NCBI RefSeq assembly: GCF_006345805.1
Contig: NC_043004.1
Location: 73,904,001 to 73,968,000 of the forward strand
DNA: 64,000 bases
Reading direction: 5' to 3'
DNA from: Octopus sinensis
Taxonomy: Eukaryota
The first letter of the stretch is position 1, and each line of letters opens with the position of its first letter. A program made the translations under genes and the position numbers. This document shows positions 1 to 11,700 of this stretch, piece by piece. Under the pieces are notes generated by a model. The model was not told the origin of the DNA, did not search any database, and was given only the letters and a program-made list of their open reading frames with translations.

Positions 1-26
1 ACACACACATTCACTCACTCACTCAC

Positions 27-134
27 ATTTCAGAACTTGCTGACTAAGTAACTTGGACACCAGATAAGCAGCTAAAGTTCTTTGAAAAACAGAATGTTTA
101 TTCACCATGTATTGAAGACTCATTCTTCTCGCTC
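27..134 (-). CDS. Candidate internal exon (108 nt, phase 1-1), product unknown
   Basis: Minus strand: donor AAAT|GTGAGT at 27/26; open frame ARRMSLQYMVNKHSVFQRTLAAYLVSKLLSQQVLK; acceptor weak (TAAG|G), so it could instead start at the ATG at 123. No homology recognised. Confidence 0.3.
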
Positions 135-635
135 CTTACTTATATAAATATATGTTTGCAATCCGCACATTTGTGCATATTTGTGAACGTATATGTCTGC
201 TCACGCGCATGCGTGCATGCGGAGTCAATTTACAGACAAAACATTCATTTTGGGTTTACGTTCTAACACAATCCGTTACTTTTTGAAAATATTTATAAAA
301 ATTAATCTGATAACCCAAACATGCTGTGAGCTTGTTAAATGCGTGTATGTTACGTATGCATGTGTATATACGTGTTTCGTGCATTATTCTTGTATGTAGT
401 TATGCTCATTAGGTTGTTTTAGCCATCGCGGCCAAGGCTATGCTGGAGCGCTGTTGTTTCCATGCGCACGCGTGCATGTGTATGCGTGCGCCCGTCAATG
501 TTCGGTTTTTGCTGTGCAGTTTGGTATGTGCCAATATGAAGAGTGCGTTTGCAGTGTTGTGATACGTCCCCTGCCGCGCACACAAATACATATGCACAGA
601 CATACGAAAACTATGTATATGTGTACACATGTCTG

Positions 636-667
<32 letters not shown>

Positions 668-840
668 TATTTATCTATCTATATAATAATGAAATTATTG
701 TATACAGTGCTCAGGTGCACCACAACTATCTATCTATCTCTATCTCTGTCTTTCTCTCTCTCTCCTTCTCTCTCCCTCTCTATCTCTCTCTCTCTATATA
801 TATATATATATTGATAGATAGATAGATGAATAGATAGATA

Positions 841-896
841 GATAGATAGATGATACATACATATATACGTAACTACATATATACATACATACATAA

Positions 897-927
<31 letters not shown>

Positions 928-1168
928 CGTAACTACATACATACATATATACATACATGCACACATACATACATACATACATACATACATACATACGTAA
1001 CTACATACATACATGCACACATACATACATACATATATACGTAACTACATACATACATGCACACATACATACATACATACATACGTAACTACATACATAC
1101 ATACATACATACATACATACATGCACACATACATACATACATACATACGTAACTACATACATACATAC

Positions 1169-1199
<31 letters not shown>

Positions 1200-1200
1200 G
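841..1200. repeat. (TACA)n microsatellite with recurring TACGTAAC interruptions
   Basis: Direct reading; follows (TA)n, (TC)n and (GATA)n tracts from about 630. Confidence 0.95.
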
Positions 1201-1389
1201 CACACATGTGTGAGTATGTGTGTGTGTGTGTATGTAAGTGAAAGGGTGAGTGAAAGAGGGGAATGGAGTATTTATGTTTGGAAGTACCAACAAAGCCTGG
1301 TTTTTCTCGGTTACAAGTGGGCAGGTTAACTAAATATCACAGTAGTTGCTAGAGGGATGATGATGATGATGATGATGATGAAGGTATTG

Positions 1390-1705
1390 GCGGCAGCGGT
1401 GATTCGGCAGCAGTGGCAATGCGGCGGCAATGGCGATGCGGTGGCAGCGGTGATGCACAATACGGGTGATACGGCGACAGCGGCGATGTGGCGGCAGCGG
1501 CGATGCAGCGATAGTGGCGATGCGGCGTCAGCGGCGATGCGGCGTCAGCGGCGATGTGGCGGCAGCGGCGATGCAGCGATAGTGGCGATGCGGCGTCAGC
1601 GGCGATGCGGCGTCAGCGGCGATGCGGCGTCAGCGGCGATGCGGCGTCAGCGGCGATGCGGCGTCAGCGGCGATGCGGCGTCAGCGGCGATGCGGCGGCA
1701 GTGGT
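1390..1705. repeat. GC-rich 17-bp minisatellite (GCGGCGTCAGCGGCGAT)
   Basis: Direct tandem units, including a duplicated 68-bp (4-unit) block. Confidence 0.9.
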
Positions 1706-2410
1706 GAGAGCGGGATTACGATTTTAAAAAAAAGCGAATGAGGGTAGATGTTGATGTGAGTTATGGAGGTGAAAAAAATTAAGAATTAGTGAAGAGCATT
1801 CACCATTAACAACTTAAGTGTGTGCGTGTGTGTGTGAATGTGTGTGTGTGTATGCACACATGTGTGCGTCTTTATGTTGCTTAGTCCCCGTTCAACCGTG
1901 ATCAAGGAACAGACATATCATCCAAGGCATTCTAACCGTGGCCATCTTACTTTAATGTTCAATTTCGCGGACAAAATAATTCAAATGAAGTCCTTTAATG
2001 TAACTCGGCCTAATGACGTCGTTTCCGGCTTAAAACGTGAAGGCGTAAAGTGTGTATACGCTCTGTTGTGCGTGCGTGCGTGCGTGCGAGTGTGTGTGTG
2101 TGTGCGTGTGTGTGTGTGCGTGTGTGTGTGTGTGTGTGCGTGCGTGTGTGTGTGCGTGCGTGCGGGTGTTGCATGTACGTTGTATGTTTTATCTGTGTAT
2201 GTGTACTGTGTGGTACATTATATATGTGTATGAGTGTGTTTGTGAGTGGACGTCAATGCGTTTGTTAAAGATCGAAAAAGGAACGGGGAAAAAGAAACCA
2301 ATGAACAAAAGATCTCCTTCTGGTGGGGCAGTGGATGTGGCGGGTGCGGAGGGTGAGTGAGATGGGTAGGGCTGGAAAAAATGGGGGTGAGGAGTCGTTA
2401 AACGCTTTTC

Positions 2411-2473
<63 letters not shown>

Positions 2474-3380
2474 TTCTTTTTTGAATTTTCGAATAATCTA
2501 GCAAGATATTATGGGTGGTCTGTGACGATCTCTGGAGAAAATAAGCAAAAAAGAAAGGAAGAAAGGGAGAAAGGGAGAAAGGAAGAAAGAAAGAAACAAA
2601 AAGAGAGAGAGAGAAAAGGAAAACAAAAAGCAGACCTTTGATACATTATCAATGATTCAGCCAGCCGTAAGCGACACCTGTTTCCAACGGATTGATCATT
2701 AATGTGTACCCCCATTAAAACAAGAATCGCATCGTCGTCGTTGTAGTTGTCGTCATCATCATCATCATCATCATCCTCATCGTCGTCGTCGTCGTCGTCA
2801 TCATCATCATCATCTCATCATCATCATCATCATAGTCGTTGTCTTCATCTCATCATCACCACCACCGCTACCACAACTGCCCTATCCATCGAGAGGACCT
2901 CCACGTTGACGGTAGACCTGCTAGGTAGTAAAACGCAGCCAAAACCTTCGTTCAAATCACACACTCGTTTCTTTAAAAAGAAAAATCGAATGCCATATCG
3001 GAATGTGTCTGAAAATAAGCTGTGAAGGCCATGGCTGGAACACCTTTTATCATATGTCTGCTCTGTCGTAGCAAACCTAGAACTTAATAACAACAACAAC
3101 AGCAACAACCACAACAACAACAACTGCAGCCACAACAGCAGCTGCAGCAGCATTAGTAGCAGCAGCAGCAGCAGCATTAACGGTAACACGCAAACAATTT
3201 GTAATGGCGGTTGTGGGAGAATGTTTATATGAAAGGTCACGAGACCTTTTCCAGACTAAAAATATGAACCGTTTATTTTTAAAGTGCAAAATACGAATCA
3301 AAAGAAGCTTTTTCTTGGTCGTTTGACCTGCTAAAAATAGCAGTCAAGTTTGTTTTGATTTAGTATTTATTGGCTTTGTA

Positions 3381-3685
3381 GAGGCGCAATGGCCCAGTGG
3401 TTAGGGCAGCGGACTCGCGGTCGGAGGATCGCGGTTTCGATTCCCAGACCGGGCGTTGTGTGGGTTTATTGAGCGAAAACATCTAAAGCTCCATGAGGCT
3501 CCGGCAGGGGTGGGGTGATCCCTGTTGTACTCTTTCGCCCCAACTTTCTCTCACTCTTTCTTCCTGTTTCTTGAGTAACGTTGCAATGGACTGGCGTCCC
3601 GCCTAGCTGAGGGGAGTACATACGCCATAGAAACCGGGAAACCGGGCCCATGAGCCTGGCCAGGCTTGAAAAGGGCGCATAAAAA
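3381..3685 (+). mobile_element. tRNA-Arg-derived SINE (octopus OR-type), full length
   Basis: tRNA-like head with A-box TGGCCCAGTGG, GGACTCGCGG anticodon arm, B-box GGTTTCGATTCCC; further copies at 46005, 54716 and 59234. Confidence 0.8.
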
Positions 3686-3998
3686 ATTAAGGAAAGAATT
3701 ATTGGCTTAATGAGACGATTTCCATTTCTATGATATAAACAGCTATCTTTGCTAAACGTTCATCCTGACAAGGAAATGAAATGGTTTGCACTGCACATGT
3801 TTTCCATTTGAGAAAAGAATTGTGAAATCATTAGATTGTCATTTCTCATCCCCTAGACACGAGTAGTTTTGTACTTTTGCATATACAGAGAAGTAAGTAA
3901 ATTTGACACCTTTGTAAATTTACGTGTGATATGTTATACCTTGATACCATGTGGATTGGGTCCCTCTTTGACAGGTCCCTGATATTAAATATAGTATG

Positions 3999-4320
3999 GG
4001 AAGGAGCATGGCTCAGTGGTTAGAGCGTCGAGGTTTACAATCGTGAGGCTGTGTATTCTTGAGCAAGACGCTTTATTTCACGTTGCTCCAGTTCACTCAG
4101 CTGTAGAAATGAGTTGTGACGTCACTGGTTCAAAGCTGTATCGGCCCCTTTGCCTTTCCCTTGGACAACATCAATAGCGTGGAAAGAGGGGACTGGTATG
4201 CCTGGACGACTGCTGGTCTTCCACAAACAACCTTGCAGGACTTGTGCCTCGGAGGGGAACATTCTAGGTGCAACCCCATGGTCATTCGTGACCGAAGTGG
4301 CGGGGGTTCTTTTCTCTTTA
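3999..4320 (+). mobile_element. tRNA-derived CORE-like SINE
   Basis: A-box TGGCTCAGTGG; CORE-like CTTGAGCAAGACGCTTTATTTCACGTTGCTCCAGTTCACTCAGCTGTAGAAATG; related copies at 24248 and 47195. Confidence 0.7.
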
Positions 4321-4499
4321 AGGACTTATAGTACGTGAATTAGTTCTTCGGGTTCTCTGGGATTAGTCAAGTCAGTAGACACACACACATCTGATAAAAG
4401 CCCAATAAGGGCCGAAGATCGATTAAAGTTGTTCTTTTTTTTTTTTTTTTTTCAGCAACGGAGAAATAGGTCAATTTGATTTGACTTGTTTACATGTAT

Positions 4500-4700
4500 T
4501 CTTTTCCACTCTAGACACAAGACCCGAATTTTTTTGGAGGTGGGGGCAGTCGATTAGATCGACCCCAGTACGCAACTAGTACTTAATTTATCGACCCCGA
4601 AAGGATGAAAGGCAAAGTCGACCTCAGCGGAATTTGAACAGACAAAATACTGCTAAGCATTTCGCCCGGCGTGTTAACGATTCTGCCAGCTCGCCGCCTT
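4500..4700 (-). mobile_element. Deu/Nin-domain-like tRNA SINE, tail B
   Basis: Minus-strand head GGCGGCGAGCTGGCAGAA, then GTTCAAATTCC and CTTTGCCTTTCATCCTTTCGGGGTCGATAAATTAAGTAC (resembles the Deu/Nin domain). Confidence 0.85.
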
Positions 4701-4790
4701 TTTGTTTACATGTATTGATTGATTAACCACCAAGCAGTATTTATTCTGTTTCATTTGTAAATGCGATGTAATCTGAATCTTTTCCTGCAG

Positions 4791-4823
4791 CAACACTGGA
4801 GCCCCCATTCTATTGTAACAATG
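4791..4823 (+). CDS. Candidate 33-nt frame-preserving micro-exon
   Basis: Acceptor TCTTTTCCTGCAG| at 4790, donor ATG|GTAAGT at 4824; two open frames (QHWSPHSIVTM or xTLEPPFYCNN). Confidence 0.5.
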
Positions 4824-5104
4824 GTAAGTAAATAGGATTTTTTCCTTCTCTCTGTGGACAGAAAAATGTGAATCTATATCAGCGTCTTTAAATCACGTTT
4901 GACCCTCATCACATACAGAATGCCATTTGATGTGCCCATGGGTATATAGATATTTACATCCACACTTCACAACGCGTCACAACACTACAACCATAAGGCA
5001 TTAGTGGAACAGATAGAGTCAACTGTTTGATTTGGAGGGGATCAAAGAGTGCCGTCTGTCAGCCTTATTAACTTATACTGCAAGTTTGGCAATATCTATC
5101 GCTT

Positions 5105-5295
5105 ATCTTTCATTGGTTTCAGTCATTAGACTACGGCCATACTGGGGCACCGCCTTGAAGGTTTTTTTTTTCTTTTTTTGAGTCGAATAAATTGATTTCA
5201 GTACTTGTTTTTTTATAAGCTTGGTACTTATTTTATTGGTCTCTTTAGCGAACCACTAAGTAACGGGAACGTAAACGCTCAAGCATCGATTGTCA
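5105..5295 (-). mobile_element. CORE-like SINE (internal-microsatellite family), 3' portion
   Basis: Matches the family tail TTTCAGTCATTAGACTACGGCCATACTGGGGCACCGCC. Confidence 0.7.
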
Positions 5296-5378
5296 AGTGA
5301 TAGTGGAGAAAATACAGATGCAACACACACACACACACACATATGTGTGTGGTATGTATGAATATTATAATATATATA

Positions 5379-5453
<75 letters not shown>

Positions 5454-5554
5454 AGAGAGACACACACACACACACACGTCTATATATACAGGGTGACCAA
5501 AAGTTTCGCCCAATTCTTATTTTGAAAACTACTGTAGGTGTTTCAGTAATAATA

Positions 5555-6796
5555 TTGGGTTGTCCCGAAAGCTCGTGCCGATTTTTAAACGAAAGAAAAA
5601 CGTCAATAAATACTTGCCATTACATTTTCAATCAACCAAACATGAAGCATTTTGTTGCACAATGCGTCTCCATCTTTCCTTTAACTTGAAAATACCCTCT
5701 TCCCAGAATTGAGGTGGTTTCATGGCAAAGAATTCATCAACGTATCTTTTCACGTCATCCTAGGAATTGAAATTTTTACCATTAAGACTATTTTGCATAG
5801 ACCTGAATAAGTGGAAATCCGAAGGAGCAATATCTGGTGAATATGAAGGGTGGGGTAACACATCCCAGCCAAGCTGCAGCAATTTTTGTCTGGTTCCCAA
5901 AGAAACGTGCGGTCTTGCATTCTCATGTTGGAAAACAACACCTTTCCTGTTGGCCAATTCTGGACGCTTCTCATGAATTGCTGCTTTTAACTCATCCAGT
6001 TGTGTGCAGTACTTCTTAGAATTAGTTGTCTGGTTACTTGGGAGAAGCTCATAGTACAGCATTCCTTTCCAATCCCACCAGACACAAAGCAAGTCTTTTT
6101 TAAGGGTGAAGACCCGCTTTTGGGGTAGCTAAGGGTGGGTCATGTAGCTTACTCCAGGATCACTTTCTCTGAACATTTCGGTAGATAATCCATTTCTCAC
6201 CACCTGTCACAATTTGCTTTAAAAAAGGCACGTTTTCATTCCGTTTATAAAGCGAATCACAGATGGAAATGCGACCCAAAAGGTTCTTCTCACTTGACTC
6301 ATGTGGTACCCAAACATCGTAGCGATTTGTGTACCCAAGCTTTATCAGGTGCTCATGAACGACGGATTTTGATAGGTTGAGGCTTTCTGCCAGTTCTCGG
6401 GATGTGCAATGTGGGTTATTCTCAATTAAGGAATGATTTGGTCATCATCTGTAGTGGATGGTCTGCCTGATCGCTCTTTGTCAATAAGGCTACAATCTCC
6501 AGCCTGGAACCTTGCAAACCACTTCCGTAAACTGCGCATATTTCTTTGGTTGCTTGTGAGGCATTTTCCCGTTACGGAAAAAGAAAAGTATCAAGTGCTG
6601 AAAATGAACTTTCTTATCTTCCATTTTAAAGGGTTACAGAATTAACACAGGTTATAGGAAGGTAAACCTTCTTCCACGAAAAGACAGCTTAAACTGTGGT
6701 CTAAATGGAGGTGTAGTCAAATCCTATTTTATGGACTCAACCATGTTCTAAAATAAGTTGAAAGGTAAGCTACTATAAACCGACACGACAACCCAA
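5555..6796 (-). mobile_element. Mariner transposon, mellifera-subfamily-like
   Basis: TA|TTGGGTTGTC...GACAACCCAA|TA; right TIR has a 10-bp deletion; encloses a transposase pseudogene. Confidence 0.9.
5628..6624 (-). pseudogene. Mariner DD34D transposase pseudogene
   Basis: MEDKKVHF...WVPH...VTGGEKW...CVWWDWKG...HENARPH...YSPDIAPSDFHLFRSMQNSLNGKNF...ERWRRIV; stops and frameshifts; catalytic D1 to G and D2 to E. Confidence 0.95.
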
Positions 6797-6888
6797 TACA
6801 ATACAATACAATATACAATAAAATAAAAATCGGGCGAAACTTTCTGGACACCCTGTATAATATGTGTGTGTGGGGGCGGGGGGGGCGC

Positions 6889-6924
<36 letters not shown>

Positions 6925-6995
6925 GTGATGGTCACCATTACTGTTTTTATTGCCATCTCCATTTCATTCAATCTCTTTTTTCCAGACATCTCGCC

Positions 6996-7199
6996 ATGTC
7001 GGACCGTTGAACTCTGCACAGTTTTTCTCTCACCATATTTTTTTTCATTCTCTCTATTTTTTCTTCTTAATTTTTCTGTCAAAGAACGTGGGCTCGAAAC
7101 GTAAAAGACTTTTCCCTTTTTTACCCGAGCGTTAAACTAATACACCTGCTTGTTGTTCCGTTCCTACACCCGTCTTCGTCTTTTGTTTCCGAAAATTTG

Positions 7200-7203
<4 letters not shown>
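6996..7203 (+). mobile_element. Penelope pLTR-like short repeat with degenerate hammerhead
   Basis: Homologous to 17188-17385(-); CTGTCAA-A-GAAC-GTGG-GCTC-GAAACGTA; ends AAATTTGAACT plus microsatellite. Confidence 0.55.
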
Positions 7204-7239
<36 letters not shown>

Positions 7240-7241
<2 letters not shown>

Positions 7242-7382
7242 ATGACGGACCTCTTTCAGTTTCTGGCTACCAAATCCACTCACAAGGCTTTGGTCGGCCT
7301 GAGGCTACAGTAGAAGACATTTACTTAAGGTTCCACGCAATGAGACTGAACCCAGAACCATGTAGTTGGGAAGCAAACTTCT
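7240..7382 (-). mobile_element. CORE-like SINE, 5' portion
   Basis: CCAAATCCACTCACAAGGCTTTGGTCGG...AGTAGAAGACATT matches the family. Confidence 0.7.
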
Positions 7383-7539
7383 GGACGTTCGTTATTTCTT
7401 TTCTTTCTTCTTTCCCCCCCCCCCTTTAGTATCATTAGCCGAATAAAAGAAAATAACTAAAACTATAACTAAAACTAAAGAACCAGTATCACATTCGAAA
7501 TTATACAAGAGCTTACTATACAAACATCAGCCAACAAAG

Positions 7540-7770
7540 GAGGGAGCCTCTACACGGTCTTTCAGTGAGCTAGAAATAGCGTCCAAATCTCCAATCAATA
7601 ACATTCTATGATCTTCCAAAACATTGGATAATACTGCTTTACTTTCCTTGCACATTGCAAAATACATGATAGTTACGGCTGGAACGACTTTGATCATAAA
7701 TCTGTTCGACCATAGATTTGCTCATATGTTTTACCTCGTTGCTGACCTAGGGCTAAACAACAATAATATT
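7540..7770 (+). mobile_element. Unclassified dispersed repeat (retroelement-tail-like, ends GGCTAAACAACAA)
   Basis: GGAGCCTCTAC...CTAGAAATAGC...CACGGCTGGAA...TTTGATCATA motifs recur near 31195-31740, 38380-38530(-), 49590-49740(-) and 57640-57880(-). Confidence 0.55.
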
Positions 7771-8974
7771 TCCGCATCGGCCGTCGCTACAACACTTATA
7801 TAATCAGTCAGCATTCATTCATCTTTTCAACCTCCCCCATCTCTTCAATGCATTACGTCAACTGCCTAAAATAAAACTCACTGATATTCCATTTCATTAG
7901 ACAATACAATTAGCTCTATCGAGATAAGTGATGGATCCGATAAAATGCCGAAACCATGACGAATATACATAATATATCAGGATTTCTCACACTCTCCCGG
8001 ATATTAGAAAGCTATCCAGGAACATTAAGGTTTCAATGGAGATGTATGAACACAATTTAATCTTATGAATTGCTAAATAGGTTTTAGTCATTCTCTGCTG
8101 ATTCTAACGCCATGATTCAAGCTATGATTCGTCAAAAGCAGACGATAGCGATATCATGTATGGTGAGTTGTAAATAGAATAATGATATATCATGTTTTAT
8201 AGATTTTTTTTTCTGATAATTCTAGAAGATAACTCACATCCGTCCATAGAAAACAAAATATATTTTTAATATTCAGGAAAAGTGTTACACACACTCAAGC
8301 ACACACACACATAAGGATGGAGGAAACAGCCAACAAAATAAAGGATGTTGTAGATATGTCTCAAAATAATTGGCAACACAACAAAATGATGTCACTTTAT
8401 AGAATTAACAACATGAATCCGTACCAGTCTAACAGATTCTGTTGATCTCATGAAACCGCTTGCACACACACAGACACACACACAGACACAAACGTACATA
8501 CATACACAAATACATTATCATACCTACATACGTACATTTTCATACACTTACAAGTATCTCCGCAAAATAAGAATTGGTTTTCTGTTCTATATTGATCGAT
8601 TGCAATTCTTTATTTTATGCCTATTTATTTATTCATATTTATATATTTATTGTTTTTGTAAATGTATAAGTGCTTAATGTTGCTTATTCTAAAATCTTAG
8701 CCGTTATTATATAACTTAAATATCCCAGTACGTACGTACATATCTATGTATGTACGTACGTATGTATGAATGAATGAATGTATGTATGTATGTACGAATA
8801 TATGTATGTACGCATGAATGTATGTATGAATGTATATATAAATGCATATATGTATGTATGTATGTATGAATGCATGTATGTATATATGCATGCATAGATT
8901 ATGTATGTTTGGGCGTATGTATGTGCAGCGGGCTGCATGTTACTCGTGTGCAGACACAAATGAGGGTATGTCTG

Positions 8975-9015
<41 letters not shown>

Positions 9016-9784
9016 CAGATTGTATGCAGAAGACGAGGTACGGGAAGAAAATGAAATCATGTAAACAAGAAGAATATGAAAGCTGGGGAGAAGATGGATT
9101 GTTTGAGATTATCAGAGTTGGGGGGGCGTACATGTGTGTGTGTATGGTAGGGGTATGTGCGGAGGTTACATGCATGTACGTGCGTGCGTGTGTGTGGGTG
9201 GGTGTCTGTGTGTGTGAGTGTGTATGTGTATGTGGGGGTTGGTGTGTGTCTATGTGTGTAAGGGGTAGGTGTGCGTGTGTGTGCGTGTGTGTGTTAGTGT
9301 GTGTGTGTGTATGTGTGTGTATGTGTGTGTGTGTGTGTGTGTTTGATTATAGGTCTGCTTCATCATAGCTGATTTGTGTTTAAACAACAACAGCAGTATT
9401 AACAGCAAGAACAATGACAACAAACCAACAACGGCGTCACTGTCACCACTATCATCATCGTCATTATCATCATCATCACCACCACCAGTACCACTACCAC
9501 CATCATCATCATCACTCCATTATCTCTATTACCACCACCTAACCATCATCACCATCGTCATCATCATCATTACTATCGCATCAACAGCAAGTTCATCCAA
9601 CAGTAACACTCTACATCAACAAATGCCATCATCTGTAGCACCCCGCCCGGCCACCACTCAAAATGACAGATACCAGCGTTACCATTTCCCCAGCATCACT
9701 GTTCTACAACATCACTATTCCATCATACCAGCAATCACCACCGCTATCACCCACCACCAACACCACAACCACTAAAATTAATTT

Positions 9785-9994
9785 CAAATTTTGGCACAAG
9801 GCCAGCAATGTTGGGGGAGGGTGTAAATCAATTATATCGACCATCAGTGCCCAACTGGTACTTATTTTATCGACTCCGAAAGGATGAAAGGCAAAGTTGA
9901 CCTCGGTGGTATTTGAACTCAGAACGTAAAGTCGGAAGAAATACCGCTAAGCATTTTGCCCCACGCAAAAGCGATTCTGCCAGCTCACCGCCTT
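9785..9994 (-). mobile_element. Deu/Nin-like SINE, tail B
   Basis: Same motifs as 4500-4700. Confidence 0.85.
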
Positions 9995-10259
9995 AAACAC
10001 CACCACCACCACCATCACCACCACCACTAATATCGCTACAGCTACCAAGGCGTTTAAATAATGATCATTACGTATTTTTCCTTTATTGCACCCTACTAAA
10101 ATATTACCTGGAGTTTTTCACTAAACTAGTAATATCGTTAGCTTGGTGTGCCAACAGAGAGATTATGAAGTATTTTACCCGAATTGATAATCCCTCACTA
10201 TTTGTTCTATATGTGTGTGTATGTGTATATATATATAAATATATATATATATATACACA

Positions 10260-10295
<36 letters not shown>

Positions 10296-10303
<8 letters not shown>

Positions 10304-10646
10304 TTTAAAAAAGGAGATGTGGAACACGAGTTGTGATATATAAAAAAAAGAAATGAAGAAAATGCTGACAAAATAATTTAAGGGAGAGTATATTTAATTA
10401 GGTGAAATTTCTTTTTACCGGTTGCGCATTTGTTATGCTTATCAAAAGATATTTTTTTAAGAGAGATAGAGTTCCTTTCTGATAGATTTTTTTCTCTAAA
10501 AAAATCTATCAGAAAGGAACTCTATCTCTCTTTAAAAAATATCTTTTGATAAGCATAACAAATGCGCAACCGGTAAAAAGAACTTTCACCTAATTAAATA
10601 TACTCTCCCTTAAATTATTTTGTCAGCATTTTCTTCATTTCCTTTT

Positions 10647-10711
<65 letters not shown>

Positions 10712-11048
10712 TAAAAAAGGAGATGTGGAACACGAGTTGATATATAAAAAAAAGAAATGAAGAAAATGCTGACAAAATAATTTAAGGGAGAGTATATTTA
10801 ATTAGGTGAAATTTCTTTTTACCGGTTGCGCATTTGTTATGCTTATCAAAAGATTTTTTTTAAGAGAGATAGAGTTCCTTTCTGATAGATTTTTTTCTCT
10901 AAAAAAATCTATCAGAAAGGAACTCTATCTCTCTTTAAAAAATATCTTTTGATAAGCATAACAAATGCGCAACCGGTAAAAAGAACTTTCACCTAATTAA
11001 ATATACTCTCCCTTAAATATTTTGTCAGCATTTTCTTCATTTCCTTTT

Positions 11049-11082
<34 letters not shown>

Positions 11083-11085
11083 ATA
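10296..11085. repeat. Tandem duplication (period about 403 bp) of a ~310-bp near-perfect palindrome in (AT)n
   Basis: Loops CTCT at 10494-10497 and 10897-10900; arms of about 155 bp. Confidence 0.95.
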
Positions 11086-11099
11086 TGTGTGGTGTGTGT

Positions 11100-11194
<95 letters not shown>

Positions 11195-11204
11195 ATATAT
11201 ATAT

Positions 11205-11700
11205 ATAGTAATAATTATATTGGCCAAACGGGAATATTACTCCGTCGAAGAATCACTCTCCACAACTCAATATGAACACATAACATAATTCAGAACACTA
11301 CTAACCTTTCAATTAATACCGCTAACCCCCATATATACCATACACCATTCACATTACAGATCTATATCTACCCTAATTGCACCAAATCCAGAACTACTTA
11401 CCTCCCTTACACATAATCTTTTTACTCAGGGACAAATAGCCCTGACACCGTTCAATAATCAGTGTGCATTCAAAGCAATGATTCATAATTTTACGAAATC
11501 CGTATGCTTTCGAATCTCTTTAACAATTCACAATAATGACTTTTATTACTTTTATTCCTACCTCAGTTCATCTAATTGTATATATCTAACGTTACTTTTT
11601 CATAAAAAAAGTCTTTACTTTTTTGATTTCCAATGTGCATTTTCGCTTATCTTTCTTCTTACTTTACCCTTACATTTCCACGTGTAGTTTCTATTTTCTT
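11205..11700 (+). mobile_element. Penelope-like element 3' remnant (GIY-YIG endonuclease fragment plus pLTR)
   Basis: NYIGQTGILLRRRITLH at 11213-11263 resembles the PLE YIGxTG..L..R...H motif; degenerate hammerhead at 11472-11510. Confidence 0.6.

Larger units (their letters stand above)
5489..6855. mobile_element. Tc1/mariner-type outer element (about 120 bp of its own sequence) enclosing a mariner
   Basis: TA|CAGGGTGACCAAAAGTTTCGCCCAATT at left; AATCGGGCGAAACTTTCTGGACACCCTG|TA at right. Confidence 0.8.

Noticed and set aside
2620-2715. Enhancer-like cluster of short motifs (TGATTCA, CACCTG, ATTGAT)
   Set aside because: Such short motifs occur by chance; no conservation or chromatin data available.
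3381-3455. Apparent tRNA-Arg gene (and similar heads elsewhere)
   Set aside because: No acceptor-stem closure; continues into a repeated SINE body.
4386-4425. Hammerhead-like CTGATAAAA-GCCC-AATAA-GGGC-CGAAG-ATC
   Set aside because: Needs at least three corrections in the core and helix I does not pair; at best a fossil.
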